Shown one piece after another: positions 46,304-58,776 of a stretch of 64,000 nt of DNA. Position numbers and translations under genes: made by a program. How positions within the stretch are numbered: the stretch's first letter is position 1; every line of letters starts with the position of its first letter. The DNA comes from Candidatus Micrarchaeota archaeon (lineage in GTDB: Archaea > B1Sed10-29), in NCBI GenBank assembly GCA_964579265.1, contig CAZOFO010000003.1:23584-87583 (forward strand), read 5' to 3'. The notes under the pieces are model-generated. The model saw only the letters and a list, made by a program, of their open reading frames with translations. It did not search any database and had not been told where the DNA came from.

Positions 46304-48493
46304 TTAGATTAGTTCTTGCGGTTTTGGTGGTTCGTCTTTTAGTCCTTTTCTTTTTCTTATTTCTCTTATTTTCTCTTGCTGTAGGTTCTTTGGTAATGGT
46401 TCGTATCCGTAGTATTCTTGACTCCAAAGTGCTTTTCCTTTTGTCAAGCTTCTTATATCGTTCGAGAATCCGAATGTTTCTGCTACGGGGACTTTTGCTC
46501 TTACTTCTGCTGTTCTTCCTTTTTGTTCTATGTTTTCTACTTCTCCTCTTCTGTTTCTTATGTCTTTTGTTATTTCTCCTATGAAGTCCTGTGGTGTATC
46601 TATGTATATCATTTTCTTTGGTTCCAGGAGTTTTGGTTTTCCTGATAGAACGGTTGCTTTTATTCCTTTTTTGAGTGTTGGTACTACTTGTGCTGGTCCT
46701 CTGTGTACTGCGTCTTCGTGTAGTGATGCGTCTTTTAGGAGTATTTTTACTTTTGATAGTCTTTCTCTTGATAGGGGTCCTTCTTCTACTGCTTCTTCAA
46801 AAGCTTGTACTATTAGGTCTTTTGTTTCGTTTAGGTATTGGACTCCTTTGCTGTCGTCTATAAGCATGTTTTGTCCTTTTATGCTCCAGATGTTTTTTGC
46901 TCTTTTTTTGTCCATTCCCATTTCTCTTAGTTTTTTTGCTAGTTCTTTTTTATCTCTTATTTTCTGTTCTATGTCTCCTTCTTTTATTGCTTCTGCTATT
47001 TCTTCTTCTAATGGTTCTGCTTGTATTACGAATTGATTGTGTCTGTTAGGTGTTTTTGGTTTTAGTTCTCCAGAGTTTTGGGTTGTTGTTTCTCTGTATA
47101 CTACGATTGGTTGGCTTGTTGAGCATTCTACTCCTTTGTGTTTTGAGATTTTTTCTTCGGTAACTTCTAGGTGTAGTTCTCCTTGTCCTGAGATTCTGTA
47201 TTCTCCTGTTTCTTCGTTTATTTCTACTTTTATTGTTGGGTCTTCTTTTTCTATTTCTCTCATTGCTTTTATTAGGTCTGGGAGTTCTTTTGGTGTTTTT
47301 GGTTCGATTGATTTTGTTACTACTGGGTCTGAGTGGTGTTCTATGCTTTCGAATGGTTCTATGTCTATTTCTGATACTGTTTCTCCTGAGAATGCGTCTC
47401 CTATTCCGGTTACTGCTGCTATGTTTCCTGCTGGTACGTCTTCAAGTTGTTTTCTTCCTGATTCCATTGCTATTCCTACTTGTTGGATCTTTGTTTCTAT
47501 GTGAGAGTTCAGAAGTTTTACTTTTTGACCTTCTTTTACGCTTCCGCTGTAGACTCTGGCGTTTGCTACTTCTCCTACATGTGGGTCTTTGTGCAGATCT
47601 GTAACTAGCATTATTGTTTCTTCATCCCTGTTGCATTCCTTCATTATTTTTCCTTCGTGGGATTCTATGTCTCCTTTCCATATCTCTGGTATTCTGTATT
47701 CTTGTGATTCTTTTGGGTTTGGTAGGTGTTTTGCTACCATGTCGAGCACTACTCTGTATACTGGTGTTTTTTCCGCTAGTTCTTTTTGTTTTTCTTCTTT
47801 TAGGTAGTCGTATATGTCTTTGAATGTTATTCCTGTTTTTTCCATGTAGGGTTTGGATATTCCCCAGTTGTACAGGGCTGATCCAAAGGCTACTTTTCCG
47901 TCTTCTACAGTCATTTGCCATTCTTTGGCGAGTTTTTTGTTAGGTGCGTAATTTTTTATTAGTTGGTTAACTTCTTTTATGGTTTCCATTAGTCTTTCTT
48001 GAAGTTCTTTTTCATTTACTTGTAGTTCTGTGATTAATCTATCTACTTTATTAATGTAAAGTACGGGCTTGACTTTTTCTTCTAAGGCTTGTCTTACTAC
48101 TGTTTCTGTTTGAGGCATTACTCCTTCTACTGCTCCCACTACTATTATGCATCCATCTACTGCTCTCATTGCTCTTGTTACTTCTCCTCCGAAGTCCACG
48201 TGTCCAGGTGTGTCTATGAGGTTTACTAGGTATTCGTCATCATCGTATTCGTAAACCATTGATATGTTTGCGCTTTCTATTGTTATTCCTCTTTCTTGTT
48301 CTTCTTCCATTGTGTCCATTACTAGTTCTTCTCCTGCTAGTTCTCCGCTCATTAATCCTGCTCCGTGTATTAAGTTGTCTGATAGTGTTGTTTTACCGTG
48401 GTCGATATGTGCGGCTATTCCTATGTTTCTGATTTTTTCGGTTTCGTGCATTAGGTCGTGGACTCTTTCTGCCATCTTTTCTTTTCTACCCAT
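46304..48493 (-). CDS. fusA: Elongation factor 2
   Basis: AHIDHGKTT, DTPGHVDF, NKVD, GQGELHLE, diphthamide motif HEDAVHRG. Confidence 0.98.
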   Translation of the reverse strand: MGRKEKMAERVHDLMHETEKIRNIGIAAHIDHGKTTLSDNLIHGAGLMSGELAGEELVMDTMEEEQERGITIESANISMVYEYDDDEYLVNLIDTPGHVDFGGEVTRAMRAVDGCIIVVGAVEGVMPQTETVVRQALEEKVKPVLYINKVDRLITELQVNEKELQERLMETIKEVNQLIKNYAPNKKLAKEWQMTVEDGKVAFGSALYNWGISKPYMEKTGITFKDIYDYLKEEKQKELAEKTPVYRVVLDMVAKHLPNPKESQEYRIPEIWKGDIESHEGKIMKECNRDEETIMLVTDLHKDPHVGEVANARVYSGSVKEGQKVKLLNSHIETKIQQVGIAMESGRKQLEDVPAGNIAAVTGIGDAFSGETVSEIDIEPFESIEHHSDPVVTKSIEPKTPKELPDLIKAMREIEKEDPTIKVEINEETGEYRISGQGELHLEVTEEKISKHKGVECSTSQPIVVYRETTTQNSGELKPKTPNRHNQFVIQAEPLEEEIAEAIKEGDIEQKIRDKKELAKKLREMGMDKKRAKNIWSIKGQNMLIDDSKGVQYLNETKDLIVQAFEEAVEEGPLSRERLSKVKILLKDASLHEDAVHRGPAQVVPTLKKGIKATVLSGKPKLLEPKKMIYIDTPQDFIGEITKDIRNRRGEVENIEQKGRTAEVRAKVPVAETFGFSNDIRSLTKGKALWSQEYYGYEPLPKNLQQEKIREIRKRKGLKDEPPKPQELI

Positions 48494-48541
48494 TTCTATC
48501 TCCTCGTGTTAATTTTTGTTTTTAGAATTTATATTATTTTT

Positions 48542-49141
48542 CTACTTAGAGCTCTGTGCTATTCTTTCTTCGTTTATTTTCTGTTTTACTGCGAATGAAT
48601 CCGAATCTTCTCTTGATGCTTTGATTAATTCGTCTTTAAGTACTTCTGAGACTGATTTTGTTGATTTGTATGTGTTCATTGCTACTGATTTACCGATGTT
48701 TCTTATTGCGAAGTCTACTCTTCTTTTTGGTGAGGAATCTACTGCTTGGTGTCTTTTGATTCCTCCTCTTTCTATCATTGTTGTTTCTTCTCTTGGTGCG
48801 GATTTTTCTATGGCTCGAACAAGAATTTCTACGGGATTTTTTTCGGTTTCTTCTTCTATTTTTTCGAAGGCTTCTTTTACTTCGTTGTACATTTTTGTTT
48901 TCTTGCCTGTTCCTCCTCTGTGTCTTATTACTTTTCCACTTATTTTTCCTCCGGTTCCTCCTCTCATTAATGTGTTGATTAGCCTTTCTACTATGTGGAT
49001 GCTTGCTTTTACTCTTGGTTCTTTTACTTGTCTTCCTTGGTTATGAAGAGGTGTTTCTGGATCTATATTAATGTATTTTTTTAGTCCTGGGTCTTTTATT
49101 TCTATTTCTTCTGTGTCCCATTTTCCGAATACTTTTTCCAT
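48542..49141 (-). CDS. rps7: 30S ribosomal protein S7 (uS7)
   Basis: IVERLIN, PREE, AVD-x-SP-x-RR, ERIA-x-S. Confidence 0.96.
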   Translation of the reverse strand: MEKVFGKWDTEEIEIKDPGLKKYINIDPETPLHNQGRQVKEPRVKASIHIVERLINTLMRGGTGGKISGKVIRHRGGTGKKTKMYNEVKEAFEKIEEETEKNPVEILVRAIEKSAPREETTMIERGGIKRHQAVDSSPKRRVDFAIRNIGKSVAMNTYKSTKSVSEVLKDELIKASREDSDSFAVKQKINEERIAQSSK

Positions 49142-49151
49142 TTTTATCACT

Positions 49152-49580
49152 TTATCTTTGTGGTTTTTCTACGTTTCCTTTTATTACTTCAAGTAGTGAT
49201 ACTCCGTTTACTTTTATTATTTTGTATTTTACTCCGACCATTGTTCCTACTGGGCCTCCTTGTGCTCCTCCTGCTCCTTCTATTAGTACTTCATCGTGTT
49301 CGTCTATTATGTCTACTGCTCCTTTTTTTGGCATGTGTGCGGTGACTACTTTTCCGTTTTTTAGTAGTTGTACTCTTGCGCATTTTATGATTCCGGAGGA
49401 TGGTTGTTTTTGTTCTATTCCTTTCTTCTGTAGTACTATTCCTCTTGCTTGTGGAGCTCCTTCTAGTGGGTCGTGGAGTTTTCCGGCTTTTCTTCTCATT
49501 CTTTTTACGTAGTTGGAGTCGCTCCACTTTTGTTTTTTTCTCTTTTTCTTGAGTTGTCTTGCTGCGAATTCTCCTGCCAT
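49152..49580 (-). CDS. rps12: 30S ribosomal protein S12 (uS12), divergent
   Basis: [18 protein letters not shown]-x-KNGK, IDEHDEV, KVNGVSL. Confidence 0.96.
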   Translation of the reverse strand: MAGEFAARQLKKKRKKQKWSDSNYVKRMRRKAGKLHDPLEGAPQARGIVLQKKGIEQKQPSSGIIKCARVQLLKNGKVVTAHMPKKGAVDIIDEHDEVLIEGAGGAQGGPVGTMVGVKYKIIKVNGVSLLEVIKGNVEKPQR

Positions 49581-49658
49581 TTTTCTCTACCTCTTGCGTG
49601 TTTGTTTTTTGTGCGTCTGTTTTATATTTATTCTTTATTTTTTATCTTGAAGTGTGAT

Positions 49659-50072
49659 TTATATGATTTTGATGTTTTCTATGTCGAAGTGTCTTTCAGT
49701 GAGTTCTTTTACTTTTTTTACTTTTTTTCCTTTTCTTCCTATTGTTCTTTTTTTGTCTTCTGGATCTACTTCTACTCTTATCTCTCCGTTTTCTTCTGTT
49801 ATTTTTTCTGGTTTTACGGGGTAGAAGAGGTTTTCTATGAATTGTTCGAGATCTTCTGAGTATTTGTATACGTTTATTTCTTTTCCTAGTTTATTTTTTA
49901 CTTTTTCTATCATTGATCCGTTTTTCCCTATTGCTAGGCCTAGGTCTTCGGGTTTTACGAGGATTGTAGCTTCTTCTTTTTCTTTGTTTACTATGCAGTC
50001 CTTTACTGTGGCTCCTGTGATCTCTTCGAATTGGTTTATGGTTTTGATTTCTTCTGCTCCGTATTTTATCAT
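49659..50072 (-). CDS. nusA: Archaeal NusA (two KH domains)
   Basis: FE-x-ITGA...DC, GLAIGKNG, IGRKG. Confidence 0.94.
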   Translation of the reverse strand: MIKYGAEEIKTINQFEEITGATVKDCIVNKEKEEATILVKPEDLGLAIGKNGSMIEKVKNKLGKEINVYKYSEDLEQFIENLFYPVKPEKITEENGEIRVEVDPEDKKRTIGRKGKKVKKVKELTERHFDIENIKII

Positions 50073-50109
50073 TTTGTTCACTTTGTTCTAGTTTTTTCTG
50101 TGCTCTTTT

Positions 50110-50412
50110 TTAGTTTTTTTGTTCTATTTCTTTTTTGTCAATGCTTCCGGTGTCTTTTATTGCTACTGTTGTGGTTAGGTGTGGTCTTTTGCATGTTTCC
50201 CCTAATTCTTTGCTTGTTCCTCTGTATCTTCTTATTGGTGTGTCTTCTTTTTGTGCTTCTTCTTTTATTTTGTTTTCTATCTCTATTGGTGTGTTTTGAG
50301 CTATTATTACTATTTTGGCGTTTCCTTTTTTTATTTCTTCTAGTGTTTCTTTTGTTCCGTAGGTTATTTTTCCTGTTCTTATTATCTGTTTAAGTGCTTT
50401 TTCTATTTTCAT
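50110..50412 (-). CDS. rpl30e: 50S ribosomal protein L30e
   Basis: TGK...G, ELG..C-x-RPH, D-x-G-S. Confidence 0.94.
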   Translation of the reverse strand: MKIEKALKQIIRTGKITYGTKETLEEIKKGNAKIVIIAQNTPIEIENKIKEEAQKEDTPIRRYRGTSKELGETCKRPHLTTTVAIKDTGSIDKKEIEQKN

Positions 50413-50418
50413 TTTCTA

Positions 50419-51573
50419 TCACTGTTCTTTTTCTTGTTGTAGGTCTATTTGTAGGTTTACTGATCCTGTTCCGAGTGGTATTGGGTTTCCCACTATTATA
50501 TTTTCTGCTATTCCTTCTAGTTCGTCTTTTTCTCCTTTTTGAGCTGCTTTTAATAGGTGTTTTATTTGTTCTTCGAATGCTGCTCTTGCTAGTACTGATT
50601 TTTTGTCTCCTGATATTCCGTGTCTTCCTATTGCTTGTAGTTCTCCATCTCTTGTTATTGCATCGGCGATTAATAATATGTGTCTTTTGTCAATATTATA
50701 TTCTTCAGTTATTTGACTTAGTTCTTTGAATATTATTTGTCTTGCTGCTTCTATTCCGAGTGTTTTGTATGTTTCTGGTATTGAGTTTGATTCTGTTCTT
50801 TCTGAGTCTATTCCTTCTATCTCTAGTACTTCTTCTAGATTTGATCCGTCTGTGTGTATCTCGTATCTTGTTTCTCCTTCTTCTGTTTCTTTTTCTACTA
50901 GTGTTGCTCTTTCTATTCCTTTTACTCCTTTTATCCTTGTGTTTTCGGTTTTTTCAATGTATCTTCTTAGTGATTTAAGGCTTGATGCGTTTGGTTCGAA
51001 TATGATTTCGTCTTCTTCGACTTTTTCAGGTTTTCTTCTTATATTTTCTTTTATTTTATCAGCTACTTCTCTTGCTTCTAAGCTGTATTTTTCCATTTTT
51101 TCTTTTTCTGGTTTTACTTTTATTTTTTCTTCATTTATGTCTTCTTCTATTTTTGCTATGTCTTTTGCTTTTGTTTCTTCTATTTTTTTCGCTATTTCTA
51201 TTACTTCTTCTTTGTTTTTTTCTATATCTTTTTTTGGTTTTATTCTGCATACTTCTCTTTTTGGTGTTTTTCTTACTTCTAGGATTTCTTCTACTCTTGG
51301 TAGTCCTTGTACTACGCTGACTCCTTCGGATAGTCCTGCAACGTGGAATGTTTTTAGTGTCATTTGGGTTGCTCTTTCTCCTATTGCTTGTGCTGCTAGT
51401 GCTCCTGCTGCTTCTCCTGGTTCTATTTCTCTTCTTTTGTATTCTTCATAAGTTTTTTCAAATAGTTTTTCTGTTTCTTTCTTATTTAGGTCTTCTGCTT
51501 TCTCCTTTGTTTTTTCCAGGAGTTTTTTTGGTAGTTTTTCTTCGTATTTTTTGTATGGGTCTTTTTTTGTCAT
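50419..51573 (-). CDS. rpoA2: RNA polymerase subunit A'' (Rpo1C)
   Basis: PGEAAG, TQMTLKTFH, GLPR, LGIEAAR, RHI-x-LIAD, ENIIVG..GTG. Confidence 0.97.
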   Translation of the reverse strand: MTKKDPYKKYEEKLPKKLLEKTKEKAEDLNKKETEKLFEKTYEEYKRREIEPGEAAGALAAQAIGERATQMTLKTFHVAGLSEGVSVVQGLPRVEEILEVRKTPKREVCRIKPKKDIEKNKEEVIEIAKKIEETKAKDIAKIEEDINEEKIKVKPEKEKMEKYSLEAREVADKIKENIRRKPEKVEEDEIIFEPNASSLKSLRRYIEKTENTRIKGVKGIERATLVEKETEEGETRYEIHTDGSNLEEVLEIEGIDSERTESNSIPETYKTLGIEAARQIIFKELSQITEEYNIDKRHILLIADAITRDGELQAIGRHGISGDKKSVLARAAFEEQIKHLLKAAQKGEKDELEGIAENIIVGNPIPLGTGSVNLQIDLQQEKEQ

Positions 51574-51585
51574 TTTTGATCTTTT

Positions 51586-54111
<2,526 letters not shown>

Positions 54112-54132
54112 GGTTGATCTTTTTTTATTTTT

Positions 54133-55938
54133 TTAGGCTTTGTCTCTTAGTTTTAGTTTTGGTTTGATCCCTATTGATTTTAGCTCGTTTAGCATTAGTT
54201 TGAATGTGTAACTCATTTTTACTCTTTCTACGTCGTTTGATCCGCATGCTTCACAGTATTTTTCTCCTTTTATCTGGTTTTCTACTGCTATTGATCCGCA
54301 TTTTGTACATACGTACTGTAGTGACTCGTCTGATTCATCCATGAATCTTTCTTGTAGTAGCATGCTTGCTCCATGGGCTATTAGACAATCTCTTTCCATT
54401 ACTCCTATTCTTAGTCCTCCTTTTCTTGCTCTTCCTTCTGTTGGTTGTCTTGTGAGTATTTGAACTGGTCCTCTTGATCTTGCTCTTATCTTTTTTGATA
54501 CTAGGTGTTCTAGTCTTTCGTAGTAAACTATTCCTGTGAATATCTTTGCTTCTATTCTTTTTCCTGTTTTTCCGTCGTACATTACTTCTTTTCCGTTTGG
54601 TTGGAATCCGTATTTTTTCAGTTCTTCTTCTATATCTTCTTGTGATTCTGATTCGAAGGGGGTTCCATCGTTTTTTTCTCCTTTTATCGCTGCTTTTTTG
54701 CTTCCAAGTGCTTCTAGTAGGTGTCCTATTGTCATTCGTGATGGTACTGCGTGTGAGTTGAATATCATGTCTGGTTGTATTCCTGATTCGCTCCATGGTA
54801 GGTCTTCTTCGTCTTCTATTAGTCCTACTACTCCTTTTTGTCCGCTTCTTGATGCGAATTTGTCTCCTGTTAGTGGTGGCATGCTTCTTCTTGTTCTTAC
54901 TTTGATCAATCTATTTCCGTCTTGGTCTTCTGTTGCCATTACCCAGTCTACTTTTCCTGAGGCGTTTGGTCTTGTGGTTTTTGAGTCTTCTTTTCTTTTT
55001 TCTTCCATTGGTGTTAGTTCGCTTGATTCTTCTAGGAATCTAGGTGGGCTTGTTTTTCCTATTAGCACTCCTCCTGATTTTACTTCTGTTTCTGGGTTTG
55101 CTATTCCGTCTTCTCCTAGGTGGGTGTATGCTTCTTCTCCTCTGTATCCTTGTACTTCTTCTGATGGGGTTTCGAATTTGTCTCTTTGTCCTGCTGCGTA
55201 TCTTCTTTCTTTTGCGCTGTATGTTCTTAGGTATGATCCTCTTGCTAGTGCTCTTTCTACACTTCCTTTGTTTAGTACTATTGCGTCGTCGATATTGTAT
55301 GCTCTGTATGGCATTATTGCTATTACTAAGTTTTGACCTATTGGTCTTCTGTCTAATCCTGCTTTTTCATCGTATTTTGTTCCTGTCATGGGTCTTTGGG
55401 GGTAGAATAAGTAGTATCCTTGGGTGTCTGTTCTTATGTGTGAGTTTGGTGAGTATAGACCTATTGCTTGTCTCATCATTGAGTCTCCTTTTGCGGGTCT
55501 TACTGAGTGTGAGTATTCTGGGTAGGGGTTTGCTGCTGAGGGTATTCCGAGTGACATTGTAGGATGTATTTCGAGGTGGGTGTGTTCTTCTGTTAGGTTT
55601 TCTTCTTTCATTGCTATGTATGCGTTTTCTTCTTCTTCTGTATCTAGGTATTCTACTACTCCGTTTTCTATTAGGTCTTCGAACTCTATTTCTCCGTTTT
55701 TGATTTTTTCTATGTGTTCTTCTGTTAGTTTTGGTTCTCCGTCTTCTACTATTATCAACGGTCTTATTGCTCTTCCTTTATCTGTGTTTATGTGGACTGT
55801 GTCTTCATTTTTTGCCACTGTTAGTGTTTTTGGTAGTTCTCCTCTTCTTCTTTTTTCTCTTATTTCTTCTACTACTTCTTCTGGATTTTCGTGGAATCCT
55901 ATTATTGATCCGTCGAGGTATATGCTTCCTTTATCCAT
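54133..55938 (-). CDS. rpoB1: RNA polymerase subunit B' (Rpo2C)
   Basis: GDKFASR-x-GQKG, PSRMT, RQPTEGRAR-x-GGLR, C-terminal zinc finger. Confidence 0.97.
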   Translation of the reverse strand: MDKGSIYLDGSIIGFHENPEEVVEEIREKRRRGELPKTLTVAKNEDTVHINTDKGRAIRPLIIVEDGEPKLTEEHIEKIKNGEIEFEDLIENGVVEYLDTEEEENAYIAMKEENLTEEHTHLEIHPTMSLGIPSAANPYPEYSHSVRPAKGDSMMRQAIGLYSPNSHIRTDTQGYYLFYPQRPMTGTKYDEKAGLDRRPIGQNLVIAIMPYRAYNIDDAIVLNKGSVERALARGSYLRTYSAKERRYAAGQRDKFETPSEEVQGYRGEEAYTHLGEDGIANPETEVKSGGVLIGKTSPPRFLEESSELTPMEEKRKEDSKTTRPNASGKVDWVMATEDQDGNRLIKVRTRRSMPPLTGDKFASRSGQKGVVGLIEDEEDLPWSESGIQPDMIFNSHAVPSRMTIGHLLEALGSKKAAIKGEKNDGTPFESESQEDIEEELKKYGFQPNGKEVMYDGKTGKRIEAKIFTGIVYYERLEHLVSKKIRARSRGPVQILTRQPTEGRARKGGLRIGVMERDCLIAHGASMLLQERFMDESDESLQYVCTKCGSIAVENQIKGEKYCEACGSNDVERVKMSYTFKLMLNELKSIGIKPKLKLRDKA

Positions 55939-55956
55939 TTTATCTTCCTCTTTTTC

Positions 55957-57444
55957 TTAATTTCTTTCAACTTCTTCTATTCCGATTGATCTTATCTTTT
56001 GTTCTATTTCTTCTTGGTCTATTTTTTCGGATGATATTGTGCATCCTGCAGTTAAGTGTTTTATTAGTCCGACGTTTGCTCCTTCTGGGCTTTCTAGTGG
56101 ACATATTTTTCCGAAGTGTGTTCCGTGTAGTTCTCTTGGGTCTGTCATTTTTCCTTTTCCTCCTATTGGTGCTTTTACTCTTCTTAGGTGGCTTATTTTT
56201 GACATGTTGTTTACTGTGTCTAGTATTTGTGATACTCCTGTTCTTCCTCTTGCCCATTCTCCTCCTCTGAATGCGAATCCCAGTCTTTGTGTTAGTGATT
56301 CTGATCTTACTAGTGTTTTTATTTTTAGTCTTCTTCCTCTTGCGCTTGTTCTATCCACTTGGTATTTAACGTCTCTTTTGAATTTGTCTAGTGCTGTTCT
56401 AAATTGTTCTTTTATTAGTTCTCCTGATATGTTTATTCTTTTGTTTGCGTAGTGGTCTCTGTCGTCTGGTTGTCTTTCTCCTTTTGCTGTTTTTATTCCT
56501 CTTTCAGCCATTCTAACTAGATAATGAGCTTTGTTCATCCATACTGATGGTTCTTCTCCTATGTGTCTCAATAGGTATCTATTTAAGTGGTATTTTACTT
56601 TTGATTCTCTGTATTCTGGTTTTTGTCTTTTTGCTACTCTGTTTCCCAGTGCTTCTATTGGTTCTTGTTCAAGTGAGTCTTCTATTTTACTTAGGTTTAG
56701 ATAAACATCGTTTTGTATGTATGGTTCGTCTGAGAACGCGTTTAGTATGTCGTTTTTTGTTTCTAGTCCTAGTGCTCTTAGCACGTGCATTAGGTTGAGG
56801 TTTCTTGGGCTGTTCGGGTAATTTATTTTTAGTTCTCCTCTATGCTTTCTTGTTACTCTTATTAAGCTTCTGTATCTACCTTTTTTGGATCTTACTGATG
56901 TTTTTGTTTTTATTTTTCCATTTCTTTTCTTCTTGGTGGTTATAACTCTGTTTGGAGCTAGTTCTTCTACTCCTATTAGGACTCTTTCTGATCCGTTTAC
57001 TATGAAGTATCCTCCTGGGTCGTATGGGTCCTCGTTGGCTTCTATTAGTTCTTGTTCGTCCATATCTGATAGGTAGCATAGATTGCTTTTTAGCATTACT
57101 GGTATTTTTCCTGCGAATACTTCGTCTCTGTCCGTTTCTTCACCTTCTTCTTTTAGGGACAGATCCATGTATAGAGAGGCTGCGTAAGTTCTATCTCTTA
57201 GTCTAGCTTCATGTGGAAGTATTTTTGCTCTTGCTCCGTCTGCTTCCGTGGCTCTTGGTTTTTCTGCTCTAATTGAGTTTAGTTGTACGGTTATATCTTC
57301 TTTATCTGTTTCTATTTGATCTTGTTCTTCGATTATCTCGTGAATCCCGTTTTCCATGAATTCATTATATGATTGGATGTGTTGTTGCGCGAGCGGGTTT
57401 TCATCTAGATATTTTTTTGCTACTTCCCATTTATAGGATGACAA
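55957..57444 (-). CDS. rpoB2: RNA polymerase subunit B'' (Rpo2N)
   Basis: P-x-EARLR, DPGGYFIVNGSERV, DDRDHY-x-NKR, SHLRR, CP-x-E-x-PEG; TTG start. Confidence 0.97.
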   Translation of the reverse strand: MSSYKWEVAKKYLDENPLAQQHIQSYNEFMENGIHEIIEEQDQIETDKEDITVQLNSIRAEKPRATEADGARAKILPHEARLRDRTYAASLYMDLSLKEEGEETDRDEVFAGKIPVMLKSNLCYLSDMDEQELIEANEDPYDPGGYFIVNGSERVLIGVEELAPNRVITTKKKRNGKIKTKTSVRSKKGRYRSLIRVTRKHRGELKINYPNSPRNLNLMHVLRALGLETKNDILNAFSDEPYIQNDVYLNLSKIEDSLEQEPIEALGNRVAKRQKPEYRESKVKYHLNRYLLRHIGEEPSVWMNKAHYLVRMAERGIKTAKGERQPDDRDHYANKRINISGELIKEQFRTALDKFKRDVKYQVDRTSARGRRLKIKTLVRSESLTQRLGFAFRGGEWARGRTGVSQILDTVNNMSKISHLRRVKAPIGGKGKMTDPRELHGTHFGKICPLESPEGANVGLIKHLTAGCTISSEKIDQEEIEQKIRSIGIEEVERN

Positions 57445-57469
57445 GATTCTGCACCTCTTTTGATTAGAG

Positions 57470-57709
57470 TTATTCTTTTACTACTACTCTGTAATATTTT
57501 GATTTTCCTGCTGTTGGACTTTTTCTTGTGATTTCGAGTACTTCTCCTACTTCTGCTTCTATTGCTTTTGCTACTGGATCGTTTTTATATATTTTTGGGA
57601 GCTCTTCTTTTGTGATTCCGTATTCCTCTAGAACTTTTTCTGCTTCTTCTTCTGATAGAACTTCGTGTTTTGGAACCAATTCGTGATTTAGAAGTGTTTC
57701 TTTATCCAC
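57470..57709 (-). CDS. rpoH: RNA polymerase subunit H (Rpo5)
   Basis: HELVPKHE, LPKI...DP, RKSPTAG...YRVV. Confidence 0.97.
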   Translation of the reverse strand: MDKETLLNHELVPKHEVLSEEEAEKVLEEYGITKEELPKIYKNDPVAKAIEAEVGEVLEITRKSPTAGKSKYYRVVVKE

Positions 57710-58043
57710 TTTATCTCCTCTTTTATTTTTTAGCCTTCTGTAGCTATTTCTTCTTTTTTGAAATTTTAAGAAGTTTCAGTCTTTTATTCATATTTTCTTT
57801 GGTTTTTATGGTTTTATGAGTCTTTTGAAAGGGAAAGAGGGGGAGGAGGGAAGGGAGTTTGATGTTTCTTCTTTATTGTGGTTTTTCTTTTGCGTTGATT
57901 ATTTCTCTCATTGGGGTTTTTAAGTGTTTCTGTTTTTTTATTTTTTCCGTGTTATATTCTTTTTATCTTTACTTTTTCTTAAATCTTTGCTTCTGGACGG
58001 TTTCTTTTTTGATTTCTTTTTGTTTTTTCTAGGTTTTTAAGAA

Positions 58044-58116
58044 CGTCCCGCTCGGGATTTGAACCCGAGTCCCAGCCTCGACAGGGCTGGATCCTAGGCC
58101 ACTAGACTAGCGGGAC
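58044..58116 (-). tRNA. tRNA-Asp(GTC)
   Basis: GTCCCGC/GCGGGAC acceptor, CAGCC-CTGTCGA-GGCTG, GGTTCAAATCC, G73. Confidence 0.94.
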
Positions 58117-58163
58117 TTTTTTGTTCTTTTTGTGAATCTATTTTTTCTAATTGGTTTTTGGGA

Positions 58164-58271
58164 TGGGCCCGCTGAGATTTTCATCTTGGAGGAAGCGTAT
58201 TCCTCTTTTGATTTTGAACTCAGGTCAGGAGCACCCGAAGCTCCCAGCATACCAGGCTAACCCACGGGCCC
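58164..58271 (-). tRNA. tRNA-Pro(CGG) with 35-nt T-loop intron (58178-58212)
   Basis: GGGCCCG/CGGGCCC acceptor, GGAGC-TTCGGGT-GCTCC, perfect BHB (TTCA/TGAA helix, AAA and AAT bulges). Confidence 0.92.
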
Positions 58272-58308
58272 TTGTGGGTTTTTTGGTTTTTTCCTTTTTA
58301 TTTTTTTC

Positions 58309-58638
58309 TTATTCGAATATGGTGCCCATTCCTTGTGCTGCTTTTTCTTTTTCCTCTTCTATTGCATCGATTATCTTTTGTTTTTCTTCTCCTTCTTTTT
58401 CTTTTACTCCTTCGTGATCTATTTCTTCTTCGTTTTCTTTGAAGAAATCTTCCGGGGCTTCCACATATAGGTAGCTTCCTTCTTCTTCAAATCCTAATGA
58501 TTCTGAATCTCTTAAGTCGTATCCTTGTCTTTTCCATTGGTTTAGATTGGTTTCGTTTTCTTCTACTACGTCGTCTGCTTCTAAAGCTTTTTTGACGTCT
58601 TTGAGTGCTTTCGGCTCTATTTTGTATACTTTTTCCAT
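58309..58638 (-). CDS. Hypothetical acidic protein
   Basis: 109-aa ORF with GAGGTG RBS, co-oriented upstream of the tRNA pair. Confidence 0.75.
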   Translation of the reverse strand: MEKVYKIEPKALKDVKKALEADDVVEENETNLNQWKRQGYDLRDSESLGFEEEGSYLYVEAPEDFFKENEEEIDHEGVKEKEGEEKQKIIDAIEEEKEKAAQGMGTIFE

Positions 58639-58776
58639 TTTTTACACCTCTTTTTTGTTTTCTAGTTTTACTCTTTAATTAGAATGAGTTCATTTCTTTT
58701 TGTGTAGTCCGCGTTTATATTTTATTGTTCGGAGGTATATAAAAATATAGAACGTAATTAGTTTCGGGTGACCTAG

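Noticed and set aside
46640..46740. Possible loss of the EF-2 diphthamide site, as in some archaeal lineages
   Set aside because: The HEDAVHRG motif with the target His is intact.
54335..54796. Arg/Lys/Asn-rich alternative-frame ORFs on the minus strand (also 7549-7821, 11075-11392, 44375-44668 and others)
   Set aside because: Off-frame reads of A-ending codons inside well-identified genes.
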